The position numbers and the translations under genes were made by a program. A model generated the notes under the pieces. It was not told the DNA's origin. It was given only the letters and a program-made list of their open reading frames with translations, and did not search any database. A stretch of DNA of 62,482 nucleotides, counting the filler, from Asterionella formosa (lineage: Eukaryota): NCBI GenBank assembly GCA_002256025.1. It is 4 parts of 4 records of this genome, joined end to end, with 100 filler letters (N's around TTAATTAATTAA, not from the genome) between each part and the next. Parts side by side here need not be neighbours in the genome. Positions count along the whole stretch, not along the records: positions 1 to 29,284 come from NKIB01001050.1; positions 29,385 to 31,223 come from NKIB01001053.1; positions 31,324 to 33,161 come from NKIB01001054.1; positions 33,262 to 62,482 come from NKIB01001055.1. The stretch is one strand, 5' to 3'. Below are positions 27,160 to 39,545 of this stretch, piece by piece. Each line of letters starts with the position of its first letter. Position 1 is the stretch's first letter.

Positions 27160-29284
27160 CCTCCCCAACTAACATGGCAAACACCTTGTTAGTCTGGGCC
27201 TTGGCTGGTGAGCACATCTGCAAAATTACACCTTCCATCAATCTTGACTGGATGTACAATTCCGCATGCTGCCGCCTCCCTCACCTTGTGATATGAGATG
27301 GCAACATGTTTCTTCTTCAACAAACTATCCTTGATAGTAACATTCTGAACTACTCCAAGGTTGTCACCAAACAGGTATGAGGCATGAGCCACCCACACTC
27401 CCATTGAGCATAGCATATAACGAATAGCTATGGTTTCTTCAACTGCAATGCGCATAGCACAAAACTCGGCGCCGTATGTTGATGTCTCCACTGCTCCTTG
27501 TCGCCTACTCATAAAAATACAGGTGTTCTTCCAACGAATATAATCAAACCGGTCACTGACCTACGTGTGATCTTGTCATGGGCATGATCTGAGTCAACAA
27601 ACACAGTTATGTCCAACTCATTGACCAATGGCTTTGGTAGGTTGCAGTCAACCTCCTCAGATGCTTCAGGGTAGTCCTCAACAAGAATACTTGCATAGTC
27701 TTTAGAAAAATCTTCCTCAAATCCCGAGAAGTCAGGCGACCTAGAATCCACAACAATTCGCCTATTTGGCCTCCTCTTAAGGTAGCCAAACACTTTCAAT
27801 ACTCGCTCAAGGTGTCCTTTTCTTGGACATGCAGAGAATCTTGACAATGACATTGTGGCATGTGCGACATCAAATCTCCCAATTGTTACTACCCAATTCA
27901 ACATGCCAATTAACATCTGAAACTTTCGATGTTCGTCATCACTACGTAGTGTGGTGTCATCGAGTTCTGGATGATCATTTGCACTCATTGGAATTGTACT
28001 TTTGGGTTGCACACCAAACATCACCTCAATTCTTGCAATCGACTCTTGTATGTATTTCTTTCATCCAAAACACCACCTGCCCTTCTTGTCCTTCTTGAAG
28101 TCGTTCCCAAGGTAATATTCTGGAGGACCTTCAGACTTGATCATATAGACCTGCTTGAGTCCTTCCATAGTAATTACTTCAGGAGTTTTCGACACTATCA
28201 TGAAGTCATCTGAGTGGGTGCAGATATATTCATAGTGTGAAGTATCATTGCTCATCTTGTACCACACATCTTTGTCATACCTAGTTGGCTGGAACCCCAT
28301 TCCCTGGATAGTGTCCGCAAAATGCGCCCACCAACGCTCAGAGCTTGATCTCAAACCATTTAGTGCTTTTCGGATGAGAATGATTGATCCCTTTAACTCC
28401 TCTCCAAATTCTGGTCCAGCACGGCAGTATACTAGCTCATTAGTGTATGCATTGACGTAAGCATTTCCAACATCTCCACAAAGCAGCTTCAAGCAAGTTC
28501 TGCTTGTTTGCAATCACATGTAGCATTCTAACACTTATGCCTTTCACAGTTGAAGATTAAATATTGTTGTCAAGAGCGTCGACTAGATGTCCGCCAGCCA
28601 CAAGTCTTGCCTTGCGCCGTAGATCTTGTTTGACGTCAAAGATCACTGTCAGTGTTGTCCATTGATATCCGACTCCAGGGTTAAAATCTGGCTTCTTAAA
28701 TTCAAAACATTCCATTTCGACAAGTGAGGAGATTTCACGTTTGATTGCCTCTTGCCAGAATGTGTTTCCACTTTGCTTGTCCAATTCCATTGCATGGGTG
28801 ACATTTCATGGGACCTCAACGCCATACTTGAGAATTTGCTTCCTACTCTTGGGATGCTTCTTCTTTCTTATGTCGGCACGCCTCACTGTGTACACCTGAT
28901 CACATCCATCAAAATGATGCTCATATAACCTTGCAATTCTTCGGACAGCTCGTTTGATGTCTCGAACTGTTTTCTTTGCCCATTGCATGACTCTATCCAG
29001 GCGTTTGGAACGACTGACATTATTGTCTACAATGTATTGTGCTGTCATGTTTGGATGGTCAAGCTTCAAGTCCTGAAATGATTCCCAGGAGACATTTTCA
29101 GTATCCCAGTGCACCTCCAACTCAAGTTGCCCGGCCTTCCAGCGATGCGCTCGAATATCAGTTACCCTGGAACCACTCATCTTTGTTGCCTCTGTATGCT
29201 CTTCAGCTAGCTCATTATTGATCTCATCACACATTTCAATGTCGTGTGTTGCGTCAAGTGGATCAAAGTCGAACTGAACATCAT
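26987..29284 (-). mobile_element. Ty1/Copia LTR retrotransposon (diatom CoDi-like), 3' half; degenerate and truncated by an assembly gap
   Basis: RT motifs KARLVAGGH, GDVGNAY, KALNGL and THSDDF. RNase H motifs VDSDHAHD, ETSTYGAEF and NFADVLT. Several frameshifts. Purine tract at 27160-27168 next to the LTR. Confidence 0.93.
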
Positions 29285-29383
29285 NNNNNNNNNNNNNNNN
29301 NNNNNNNNNNNNNNNNNNNNNNNNNNNNTTAATTAATTAANNNNNNNNNNNNNNNNNNNNNNNNNNNNNNNNNNNNNNNNNNN
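29285..29383. other. Assembly gap with artificial TTAATTAATTAA spacer
   Basis: N-run with a central six-frame stop linker, identical in all three gaps. Confidence 0.97.
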
Positions 29384-30405
29384 NGATCTTGCATGTCTGT
29401 GTTGACTCATGGCAAATCAAGAATTAAGCAGGTATGTCAGCTATAAATTCCATTCTGCTACATAATACGCGTAGTTTTCCTACATGGTTTTAGTAATGGA
29501 AAATTATCGAAATAGTCTGGAGGGAAGCCTGGAGGGATATGCACATGATTGTAGCCAGCCCGTAACCGTTGAATTTTCGTGATACTTTTTGGGTGATACA
29601 ATTTCATTTTTATTTTTGTGGAGAATGGATTTTTTCGGTTTAAATCGAGTAGCCGTTACATGATACTTTTTCAAAAAAAATGATACCAAATCGAAAATGA
29701 TAAGAACGACCCTTACTGTCTCGTCAATTTCGTCTTTCTCCATCTGGCTGTCTACCATGTAGGATCATAGGGACGACATACAAATAAGACTCGTACGAAA
29801 CGTAGAATACTAGAATAGCGAGCCCAGAATAAGCTAATTATCGTAAAAGTTTTTTTGAGTTAATTGCTAAGTAACGTGTCACATTCCCAAACTCCGGGTT
29901 CTGTCCGTGTCCTAACTCGAGGCTCTGTTGCAGTCGAGTTGTGCTAAGCCATGGGAGAGACTTAGGGCGGGCGATTTAGACGCTATAAATTGCGAAAGGC
30001 TTGGCAATGCTTTAGACTGCTTCTTTGAATCATTATTCAAAAAAATTGTGTGCTTTGCCCCTCTTACTATTCAACTGAAGAAAACCTTGCATGATGGTTG
30101 CTCTCTTCCTCCCTGCTAGACTTAGCTGCTGATTCTTGGTTGTTTGATTCAACTCTAAAAGCTAGAACTTAAAAGTCATGTTGCTGCTATTAAGGTTCCT
30201 GCATTTGAACCCCTAGCTCGAGGTAGTGTTGAAAAAAACAATATTAAGTCAGAGTAGTCAAACAAAGACTTCTTACAAGTAAAACGTAAATGTATATCAC
30301 TAAACGGAGCTTTAACCAATACACACCCTTTCCATATGCTTAAATACAGTCATTTATCAAAGTAGGGGTATAGGTCAACGCTATATATCGTCAGGATATA
30401 GGATC

Positions 30406-30529
30406 TGGCGAGAAACTGCAGAAAGGAAATTCGGTTTTTTAATTATGCTGAAAATAGTGGATTTTACCGGGCCAACTCGTTTATTTGGCCTAGTTAAAAA
30501 CCGAAGTTCCTTTCTGCAGTTTCTCGCCA
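30406..30529. mobile_element. MITE-like or foldback element, about 124 bp with about 38-bp TIRs
   Basis: TGGCGAGAAACTGCAGAAAGGAAATTCGGTTTTTTAA is inversely repeated at 30492-30529. No clear TSD. Confidence 0.65.
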
Positions 30530-31223
30530 AAACTTAACTTCTGGGGCTATATGATGATTATCTATGTACTTAACTCTTCTTCAAACCCTGCCAACGTTGA
30601 GCTATTGTCGTCCAAAAATTCGACAATATCGGCCTTTTCAACAGTCACCAAAATGTCGGAATCAGAATCACTAATCGCCGAAACGTCATCATCGGAATGG
30701 TAGTCTTGTGCTAAACTTCCATAATAAAATTGATGAAATATACAGAACATACTCCTTTCATCATACCTAGCAGAGGAATATTAGAGCATGCCTCTGATGG
30801 TGAACAGGAAGATTAGGCAGTATGGAGATGACACATATGACCAATACGTATGTATCTGGCCGAACTTGAGTGAATGGATTAATGGGAGGCTGCCAATGTA
30901 CTGCTATCGACAGGATGTCCGGCGGCATACTTATGCATTCGTCGTGACATGTTCAGCGCTTGTTTATATTTTGCTTACTAATACAAATTGATTTCCGGTA
31001 GTCTTGTAGTCTCCATACATAATAGACTACAGGTATAAATATTAGATTAGAGTACTGTACATTTTAATTTTTACCCACGTCACACTCGTGTGCATAAGTG
31101 TCGTTCATTTTTTATCCGTGTTTTGACAATGGTGTCGATTCGGGTCGCTCTACTTCTACTCCACCTCTTGACAACGTTTTCGATCATATTTGCGTTTCCA
31201 AAGCAAAGGCTCGTTTGCGTCAA

Positions 31224-31323
31224 NNNNNNNNNNNNNNNNNNNNNNNNNNNNNNNNNNNNNNNNNNNNTTAATTAATTAANNNNNNNNNNNNNNNNNNNNN
31301 NNNNNNNNNNNNNNNNNNNNNNN
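31224..31323. other. Assembly gap with artificial TTAATTAATTAA spacer
   Basis: N-run with the central linker. Confidence 0.97.
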
Positions 31324-32340
31324 ATTTCCAAAAACTATCTTATCATGTTCACGGCAACTAGTAGTAGGTGACAATAAATCAAACAAAACATCACCTGCAT
31401 TTTTCTTGAGCATGTTAGTAAGAATCTCATTTAGATAGCGCCTGAAGACTTGTGTTTCTAGTAGTAGGGGAATCCACATAGCACTTCCATGCATGCTGAG
31501 GAGACTGGGCAAAGACAACCTCTAGAGATTAACCCAACATAGTAGCTGGTGACATCCAGCACTGACACATGGGGGATTTTTCTTGAGCATGGTTGCCATA
31601 CATGGAAAAAAGAGTTGCATTGCAGCAGTGCAAAAAATTTATTTGCAACAAGACAGCTCTTGCTGTTGGTGCCTGCATCAGAAATTAATAAACTGGGTTT
31701 GTTCTTATGGTGATTTCAATATGTAGCCAGTTTCACTGTCAACACATTATAGCAATTCATGTTGACCACCATGATAAGAGCAACCCATGCTTGTTTACAA
31801 TGGAAAGACGCATTTCATGGTAACCATTCTGTTGGCACATACTTGCTTAGAAAAGATAGTTTCACTAAAAACGGTCATCAATTCAGGTTATCCGTACCAT
31901 CAGCATACTATACTTGTTGCTTTCATTAAGAGGGAGTTTGACTTTAAACAAATATCAATTCAGAATAGTCATTCCTTCAGCAAATACTTAAACAGCAGCT
32001 GTGGTAGTAAGAAGACTGCTTATATTCCTTGGGGGCGGCTGATATTGTAACCATTCATCTGACAAAATAAGCATGGCTGGCTGGTTATTGATTCCTAGTA
32101 AATCATGATAGGTGCATTTTCCTATGTATTCTAACAAACAACCCTGGAAGGCCTGGTTGTGCACGTTTTATGCGCACTTTTCCAGTTACGACTCACTCGC
32201 AGCCAATGATTTGTCCCATTCCTACTAGAAGAGATAGGCTGGCTTTCTATTCCAAAATCTCTTAAGTAACTTTCTTTGCAATTAAATTAAAATTCAACAG
32301 TATTCAGCAACTGGAAGACGGTTTTCTTATACGACTTTTC

Positions 32341-32460
32341 CAATCAGTAACTTCTAGTCGTAGTCAGCATTTTCTAGCTGTAGTCAGCAAATTATATTCA
32401 TAATCAGCGAATTCTAGTCGTCGTCAGTTAATTTTTAGTCGTATTCACCAACTAGATTAG
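32341..32460. repeat. Degenerate 20-bp tandem repeat (TTCTAGTCGTAGTCAGCA-like, about 5 units)
   Basis: Visible 20-nt periodicity. Confidence 0.65.
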
Positions 32461-33161
32461 CAATCTCAAACAAAACACTCATTTTGAGAATGTCAATGGT
32501 CCATTAATTAATATTACTAAATAGATAAAAACTAATGAGCTGTAGCTAGTAGGAAAGTTGGATAAGCTGCCTCAAATACTACATTCCTACTTCTACATGC
32601 TCTATCCATAAACACATGGGAAATGCTGCTGTTCTACAAGCAAGAAACTTGATTTCAGATGACTGAATAAAAATGTGCGATGCATGATAATAATATAGAA
32701 ATAGACTGTTATTGTAGTTCTGATGATGAATACACACAGGCAAATGCATTGATACAAACACAAATGAGATTATATTTGAATTAGTCTGGCATTACCCTGC
32801 TTCATTCATAGCTGCCAACCTATAGTACTATGAAGGAAGTATGGAAATGATAGGACCAAAATTCCAAATGATAAGGATGGTCAATAACAAGAACTCAAAA
32901 TATATCTGTAGCTATTTGAGTTGGTGCTGTTTACATTATGAGACACACCTTATATGTCATAATTGATAATCAACAATGAAAATGGGCGGAACACCTTCTC
33001 ATAGAAGCAATTGTACAACAAATCCATTCTGTCATTGTTAGGATCTACCTTGGTGCTTACTTCTGCCATGCACTACTGAGTAATAACCCTACCTTCACAC
33101 TTTTGCAAGCCGGTCACTCTTGGATGGCACTGACTCAAGTTACACAAAATTGAATATTACT

Positions 33162-33261
33162 NNNNNNNNNNNNNNNNNNNNNNNNNNNNNNNNNNNNNNN
33201 NNNNNTTAATTAATTAANNNNNNNNNNNNNNNNNNNNNNNNNNNNNNNNNNNNNNNNNNNN
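33162..33261. other. Assembly gap with artificial TTAATTAATTAA spacer
   Basis: N-run with the central linker. Confidence 0.97.
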
Positions 33262-34468
33262 CCTCGAGAAGACAAGCAATCCAACAATCAACCGCATCCG
33301 TTAGGCAAAGAATCGCTACTGGCGTCATCGCGGAACTGATTTCGCTTCAAACCGGTCATGATGGACGACGATTGGCATGGTGAAAGGTGAATTGCCGGAG
33401 TCCACTTTTCATGAGACGAACGAAAACGAGGTGAATTCTAGATATAAATTATTAGAATCTGTGTAATATATAAAATGGTTTCCTTAAGTAGACCCCTTCC
33501 CGATTTCGGCAATCCCAGGGCTGGAAAACCCAGGGGCAATTGGCGTCTGTTGTCTTGCCCAAAAATGCGAACATATGAAATATACAAAATATATTTTAAT
33601 GATGGGCAATATCGGACCTTTGGCAATTTTCGAGATGAATATAGGAAATATTCAAAATTTATTTTATATGATGGGCAATAGTAGGCTAAAATTGACATTT
33701 ATGCTAAATTCGTGGGCAGCAGGTAAGCGAATGACGCGACGATAGCTAGAGCGGGAATTGCCTCAACAATACCCTTCGCGGCGGCTACTTGCCTTCTCGT
33801 CTACATGTGTACTCGCAGGCAAGAGACCACCTCGGGCGTGTATTGCCTTCAGGAGCTCGAAGGGAATATCTAAATTTATTATCATACCGGTAGTCATTAT
33901 CATGCATGTAAATTGTTGACTACTACATACGACTGCCTAGATGATACTGAATATACAACTGGAAATTGCTGACAATGATGTCTACTGGTAGAAGATACTA
34001 CCTGGTACTAACTATGACTATACAGCAGTCTTGATATGGAAGGACGGATCATGACTTGCTTGAAATCAGTGAATGACAATGTTATGGCATAGTATATTAC
34101 TTACAATGAAAGCTAGCCAATCTAACCCAGCAGGGGGAAGGGAAGGGAATGGAAACTGAGTGCTTTACTGGAACTTATTAGAGTGGGATTCGCGCATAGA
34201 AATTGTTATTACTTACTACTTCATCATGCAAGGTGGCACATAGTGCTATCTCTAGCAAATGCAGAGTACCAGGTACTCAGAAAACATTCCTTCTGACAGC
34301 ACTCACAAGTCTGTAGACATTACATTGATGCCCACTAGGCAAACAAAGTTATCATGATGATCATAGCTACAAAGCACTACTACCAGTGTAGGTGTTGATG
34401 AAATAGATCATAATTGATTATCAGTAAGTACTCCATTATGCGACAGTGTTCATAATAAATGATTTCAC

Positions 34469-36214
34469 TTACTTTTGAAAGTAATGACGAATACTTCCAT
34501 TTTTCACATCATCGCCTGCTCCAGAGAGTTTGGCTCGTTTAGAAGTAAGGTCGGAACCTTCTTCCTGGAGAAATTTACTAGGCGCAGAGTAATCCGATGA
34601 TACCGGTAGTTGTTTGGCTTCTTTCATTGTCAACAATTTTTTTCTTTTAGGCACAACACTGGATTTTGTTGGACTAAACCCACCTGTTACAAAGAATGAC
34701 GCAATTGACTTTTGAGACTTGTGAGGTTGAGACTTTCGAGTCGCACGGTCATTCTCATCCAAACCCAAGTCCCAGAGACAAATTGATTCGCTCATGAGCA
34801 AAGAAACACCAATGTGATCTGAGAAACTTGGTGGAGTGTAAATCATCCCGGAATGCTTCGGCCCAAACTGCGTGTCTAACGCAACTTGAGATGCTTCAAT
34901 AATTCCATTTCCTTCAAAAGAAACGGGTTGAAACATCCCATTGGCCGTTGCAGCACAAAGGGCAGCTTCCTCCCCCAGTGGATTATATATTGAACCATTT
35001 ACTCGAAGTGATTCTTCGCCTTTGTGAACAAGTGGAAGTATGGATTTGTCGACCAAAGTATAATCTATCCGGCAGCCTTCGTTTACGTATCGTCGGTTGG
35101 TGTACTGGTTCCAACAAGTAAATCGATCTTTGGCGGTGGGATAGAAATGTCGAAATACGTCTACCATGTCATCTTGTAGCAATATATTGTCAAGCCATTG
35201 CCTGGTCGGCGAGAGGAGATCCACGCCGTCTTCGGTATTGGAAATGTGGCGTTGCAATGCTTCATCCCATTCGATCCCAGCAATTTTTGACATCAACTCT
35301 GCCAAGATACCGATTGAAACCACGTTTTTTTCACCTGCCAGCATTTTTTCACTCGTGCTGGGACATTCATAGTGACATTCATCAAAGCGGTAGAAATATT
35401 CGCAACATTCCCGACTACTTTCATGACAACCAAGATATACATTTACGCCTTTCACAGTGACGCGCATTCGAAATTTTTCATACTTAGCTCCAGTTCTGCT
35501 GTTGGTAGTCTGCGTCTCGACCACTTCTTTTGTTCTAAGGGTAGCTTCAATCCGGTCCCATGACTTGGCAAGATCATGTTTCCACCGCTCCAAATCAGTT
35601 CGCCCCGTTGCAACATCTTTCAAAACCTCATCCACCCGAATCACGCGGTCCGCCCAAAATCGATCTAGCTTCCTATGCGAAACATTGAGGTCCCCAACCA
35701 GAATTACTGGCTTGATCTCTCGTTCCCTCTTCATTGCTCGTCTCAGAGCATTTAGAAATTTCATCTTGTAGGTTAGTGAATTTCCCCCGCTCGCAGGAAC
35801 ATAAACATTGAAGAGTACAAAGTTGCCATGATCTGTCATGATGCAGCGCCCTTGATCGTCTAAGTCGGGAGATCCTAATGTAAAGGCATCGGCTCGTCGG
35901 ACTGTGCCCGTTTTGGCGTAGGTGACAACGCCATTGAAGCCTAATTTATTCTTGTCGGTACAGCATGACCAAAAGGATTCAAAGCCCTCAACTGTTGAGC
36001 ACCCTAAAGGTTCTGACCTCGAAGAGAGCTGCTGAAGTGGAATTTTCGCTTCTTGCAAGCAAAATACGTCGACATCGTGACGCTTCATGTACTCTTGCAA
36101 GGAAATAGATGGCGGAGCTTTCTTGTCGTCGGTAGCATGTTTCGGACTATAGTTTCTGTGTATTCGTTGAACCGTCTGCTTCAATCCTGCCACATTCCAG
36201 CTAATTATGTGCAT
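34469..36214 (-). CDS. AP endonuclease / exodeoxyribonuclease III family (APE2-like)
   Basis: IISWNVAG, FCLQEAK, LFNVYVP, VGDLNV, FTCWNQYTNRRYVNEGCRIDY and SDH. PIP-box-like QKSIASFF. Confidence 0.93.
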   Translation of the reverse strand: MHIISWNVAGLKQTVQRIHRNYSPKHATDDKKAPPSISLQEYMKRHDVDVFCLQEAKIPLQQLSSRSEPLGCSTVEGFESFWSCCTDKNKLGFNGVVTYAKTGTVRRADAFTLGSPDLDDQGRCIMTDHGNFVLFNVYVPASGGNSLTYKMKFLNALRRAMKREREIKPVILVGDLNVSHRKLDRFWADRVIRVDEVLKDVATGRTDLERWKHDLAKSWDRIEATLRTKEVVETQTTNSRTGAKYEKFRMRVTVKGVNVYLGCHESSRECCEYFYRFDECHYECPSTSEKMLAGEKNVVSIGILAELMSKIAGIEWDEALQRHISNTEDGVDLLSPTRQWLDNILLQDDMVDVFRHFYPTAKDRFTCWNQYTNRRYVNEGCRIDYTLVDKSILPLVHKGEESLRVNGSIYNPLGEEAALCAATANGMFQPVSFEGNGIIEASQVALDTQFGPKHSGMIYTPPSFSDHIGVSLLMSESICLWDLGLDENDRATRKSQPHKSQKSIASFFVTGGFSPTKSSVVPKRKKLLTMKEAKQLPVSSDYSAPSKFLQEEGSDLTSKRAKLSGAGDDVKNGSIRHYFQK

Positions 36215-36545
36215 TCTTTCTACATGTGAAAAGCACCCTCTTGCTCCGCAACAGTTGACAATAGATGATAGACTGTCGTGTAAGAGGGCAAAAGTCTGGG
36301 AACAACGAGGAGGACAAAGTTCGAAGTCGGACCAACAAAAATGTACTATTTATTGCATAACCATAACCGTGGTAGCATATTTTATTACTATTGATTCAGT
36401 ACGTATGTAGGAGCTATATATAGCATAAATTATTGTCACAAAAAATCCTCTCTGAACCCCGGCGCAATCTGCCTTACATTGCTCGTCTCCTTGTTGTTAT
36501 AAGTCGCTATTGTCAACGCTGTTTCTATATTTTAAAGAGCCACAT

Positions 36546-37571
36546 ATGAACAACAAGATTTCAAATCCATATTCAAAGAAGAAGAATCAACAAACTTCCA
36601 TCAATCACTCTAGTGCCCGAGACGCCGCAGGCCTCCATGTTGTTGATCTTGGCGACGTTGCTGCTGCCAGCTTCAGTCAAGCTTTCCGTTCCGTTGAAGA
36701 TACGGTGCATTTCAAAAATGATGATTCTCGAGCGGGAGTTCTGGAGGACGATGTTCGAGCGCAACAACGTATCTTTGAGAGCAAGGTCAACAGCGAACAA
36801 GGACTATTGGAGGCGCGGAACCAACATGTTTTGTTGCAGCAACCTCATGTGTTGTATGTATCCACAAAACAAAGGGGGAATGGGCTTCTGCAATTTATTC
36901 GAAACGTTCCCTTCCAATACAGTACTATGATACCAGATTATATTCTCAGTTCTCAACGATGTGCACTCTTTTTAAGCATCAAATATCACACATTGTTCCC
37001 AGACTACATTCATCGAAGAATTGCAGAACTCAAAAGTGATTTCACTCTTAGAATACTTTTGGTTCTAATTGATGTCGAAGACAATGCCAATACTCTTCTG
37101 CATCTTAACAAAACGGCTGTTATTCATTCATTCACGCTTATTTTGGCATGGACAGAGGAAGAGGCCGCTCGATATTTAGAAACGTACAAGGCATTAGATG
37201 GGAAAGATGCCTCAACCATTCAAAAGAAGGAACAAACTAATTTCGTTGATCAAATGGCTGATGTGTTGGGAATGATAAGGAGTGTCAACAAGACAGATTC
37301 GGTACAGTTGCTTTCCCAATTCGGTACTCTCAAAGCCATTATGACTGCATCCATGGATGAATTGGTTTTATGTCCTGGCGTAGGAGAAAAGAAAGTGAAG
37401 CGAATCTACGATGCTTTCCACAAACCATTTTCAAGCAAACGAGCGAAACAAAGAAAGGAAAATGATACGAAGAAGGGAAACAGCAACGAAGTATCGCAAA
37501 CAGCGGCTCTAGCAGTGATAGCTCCTTTGGGTTGTACCAAAGAACCAGATGAAACAGAAACGGGAAACTAG
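36546..37571 (+). CDS. ERCC1: DNA excision repair protein ERCC1/RAD10
   Basis: VSTKQRGNGLLQFIRNVP, CALFLSIKYH, LILAWTEEEAARYLETYK and a C-terminal HhH2 motif (VNKTD...CPGVGEKK). Confidence 0.96.
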   Translation: MNNKISNPYSKKKNQQTSINHSSARDAAGLHVVDLGDVAAASFSQAFRSVEDTVHFKNDDSRAGVLEDDVRAQQRIFESKVNSEQGLLEARNQHVLLQQPHVLYVSTKQRGNGLLQFIRNVPFQYSTMIPDYILSSQRCALFLSIKYHTLFPDYIHRRIAELKSDFTLRILLVLIDVEDNANTLLHLNKTAVIHSFTLILAWTEEEAARYLETYKALDGKDASTIQKKEQTNFVDQMADVLGMIRSVNKTDSVQLLSQFGTLKAIMTASMDELVLCPGVGEKKVKRIYDAFHKPFSSKRAKQRKENDTKKGNSNEVSQTAALAVIAPLGCTKEPDETETGN

Positions 37572-37729
37572 TCAGGAACTTAAATAGAATCTTGAAATTT
37601 AATTTTACACTCATGAGTGTGGCCTTGATTATTCTATATCAAGTTCTTTCAAATGTACTAGCTGCTAGGGTTTCATAGACAGGAACATTATACTCTATAA
37701 AATTCATTTACAGTGTGCCAATTACAAAC

Positions 37730-39545
37730 CTAACAATCAACTGTAGCATGACTGCCTTCAACATAAAAATCAATATAACAACAACCACCAGTGCAATTGA
37801 CTTTGTCCAAACAGTCAGCAGAGACTTGAAGAACAGGATAGAGACTGCAATTGACGGTTCCACTCAAATAGTTAGAGTCCAACATCAATTTTTCCAGGGA
37901 CGTCGGCCCTGACAGCTCTGATGGGACAGCTCCAATTAACTTATTTGAGATCAAGTCAAGGTATGAGAGCTTTGTTGGCAGGACAATTTCCTTTGGGATT
38001 GTGTCCGCAACTTTGGCATCATAAAAGTCCAAATGTTGAAGGTTAGTCAAGTTCCCAATTTCAGCGGGTATTTCCAAATCAGTGAAATTGTTGCCGCTCA
38101 AGTCAAGATATGTAAGGGCACTTAAACGTCCAATCTTTTCCAGGTTGACCAATTCACTTTTCCAGCTAACTGAATCATTGGAAAAGTCTTCATAAAACCC
38201 AATGTCTGACAGACTGTTTGTTGACATGTCAAGGTGCTCGATTTTTGACTTGTTGTTGAAGATCCCAGAAGGCAATCGTTCCAGACTGCTAAACTTCACT
38301 TTAAATTCAATGAGTTTAGGAAGCTGGACACGTCGTTTGGTATACCACCAATTAATCTGCGGTAGGCAGGACAAGTCCAATTATGCAAGTTAGCTGAGAT
38401 TTCCAATCTCAGACGGAATTGATGAACCCTCAAAACTATTGAAGGACAAGTCAAGAACTTGAAGCTTTGACAGCATTCCAGCTTCAGCTGGGAAAACACT
38501 CACACTTGTGGATCCAAAAAATCATGGAGTTTCGAGATCAGTCAACATGCCTAGTAAAGATGGGAATGTACCAAGGTCCATGGAATAACTTCTAAATGAT
38601 AGCTCTGTTAGTTTGGAAAGAAGGCCAAACGCAGTGGGAATACCAAACTCAACTATGCCCTTCATAGCACAGATATGTGAGAGAATTAGATAAAAGTGCA
38701 ATTTCGGGGGAAAATGAAAATTTTCTTCCGTCATGAAAATAATTTCCTTCATTGTAGCCTGTGAATATTGATGATGCATTGATGGCAGTGACTTCATCCA
38801 ATGTCTCATTTACTCCATCTCATGTAATTCCAGGCCATGTGCAGTGGGAAACCTTGGTTAGAAATGTAGTCGAATTGATGCTGCTGGTAAATACCAAAGT
38901 TGCGATAGCATACCGTGCCTGCATCACAGAATCAGAATATGTTGACATCTGTTTATTCATTGATAGCCAGACCAGTGACTTGAACTGAAAAGTTCCTGTA
39001 TCTGGAATACCCAGTTCCGAGTGTAGAGTGACAATGCTGTTAAGTCCTACAAGAAAATTGGTCGGTGACATAGAGATTGAAGGAAGATAACTTGGTCGGA
39101 GTGTTGGAAACATTGAGAAGGAAGGTGTATTGGATGGCCTGAGCGACTGTGACATTGAAACAGAAGGTGCCATATCTGTAGTTATGGCAGTCAGGTTGTT
39201 GTTTTTCTTGGTCAATGCAAGCACAATGGAGATGACAGTTCCTGACACATATCTTCGACATTGGGTACCATGGGCACTGCAAATGCAGCACCAGTACTAA
39301 CTTCTTGGAGGATCCTATAACGCATTTCCTCATATGATGGCACAAGCACCGCTGTAATGACAGTACTGTTGTGTGCTACTGTATTCCTCCTTCTCATGTA
39401 TGGCTTGATCTTCGCTCTGTCAGGATGTCGTCAATATCCAAACTGTTGGGTCCGTCGATTTCGGCAACCCTGATGGATCCAGGCGTTGCAAATCTCCGTG
39501 GACTTGACTCAGCTTGAGGAGGAGAGAGGGCTGAATTTCCGTTTT
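37730..39545 (-). pseudogene. Fragmented membrane-anchored leucine-rich repeat protein gene
   Basis: LRR units (LTYLDLSGNNFT, IPAEIGNLTNL, LDLISNKLIGAVPSEL), PSxSPS linkers and a TM segment, spread over several frames with stops. The 5' end abuts a transposon remnant. Confidence 0.75.

Noticed and set aside
27509..28810. Frameshifts in Copia pol as programmed recoding
   Set aside because: Multiple scattered indels and altered motifs (NGL, HSDD) point to decay or sequencing error instead.
29329..29340. TTAATTAATTAA recurring inside the three N-runs
   Set aside because: Artificial six-frame-stop scaffolding linker, not biological sequence.
31324..33161. Short ORFs on the small contig between gaps
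   Set aside because: AT-rich and stop-ridden, with no recognisable motifs.
33436..33810. Possible non-autonomous Helitron-like ends
   Set aside because: No clean TC...CTRR termini or convincing 3' hairpin.
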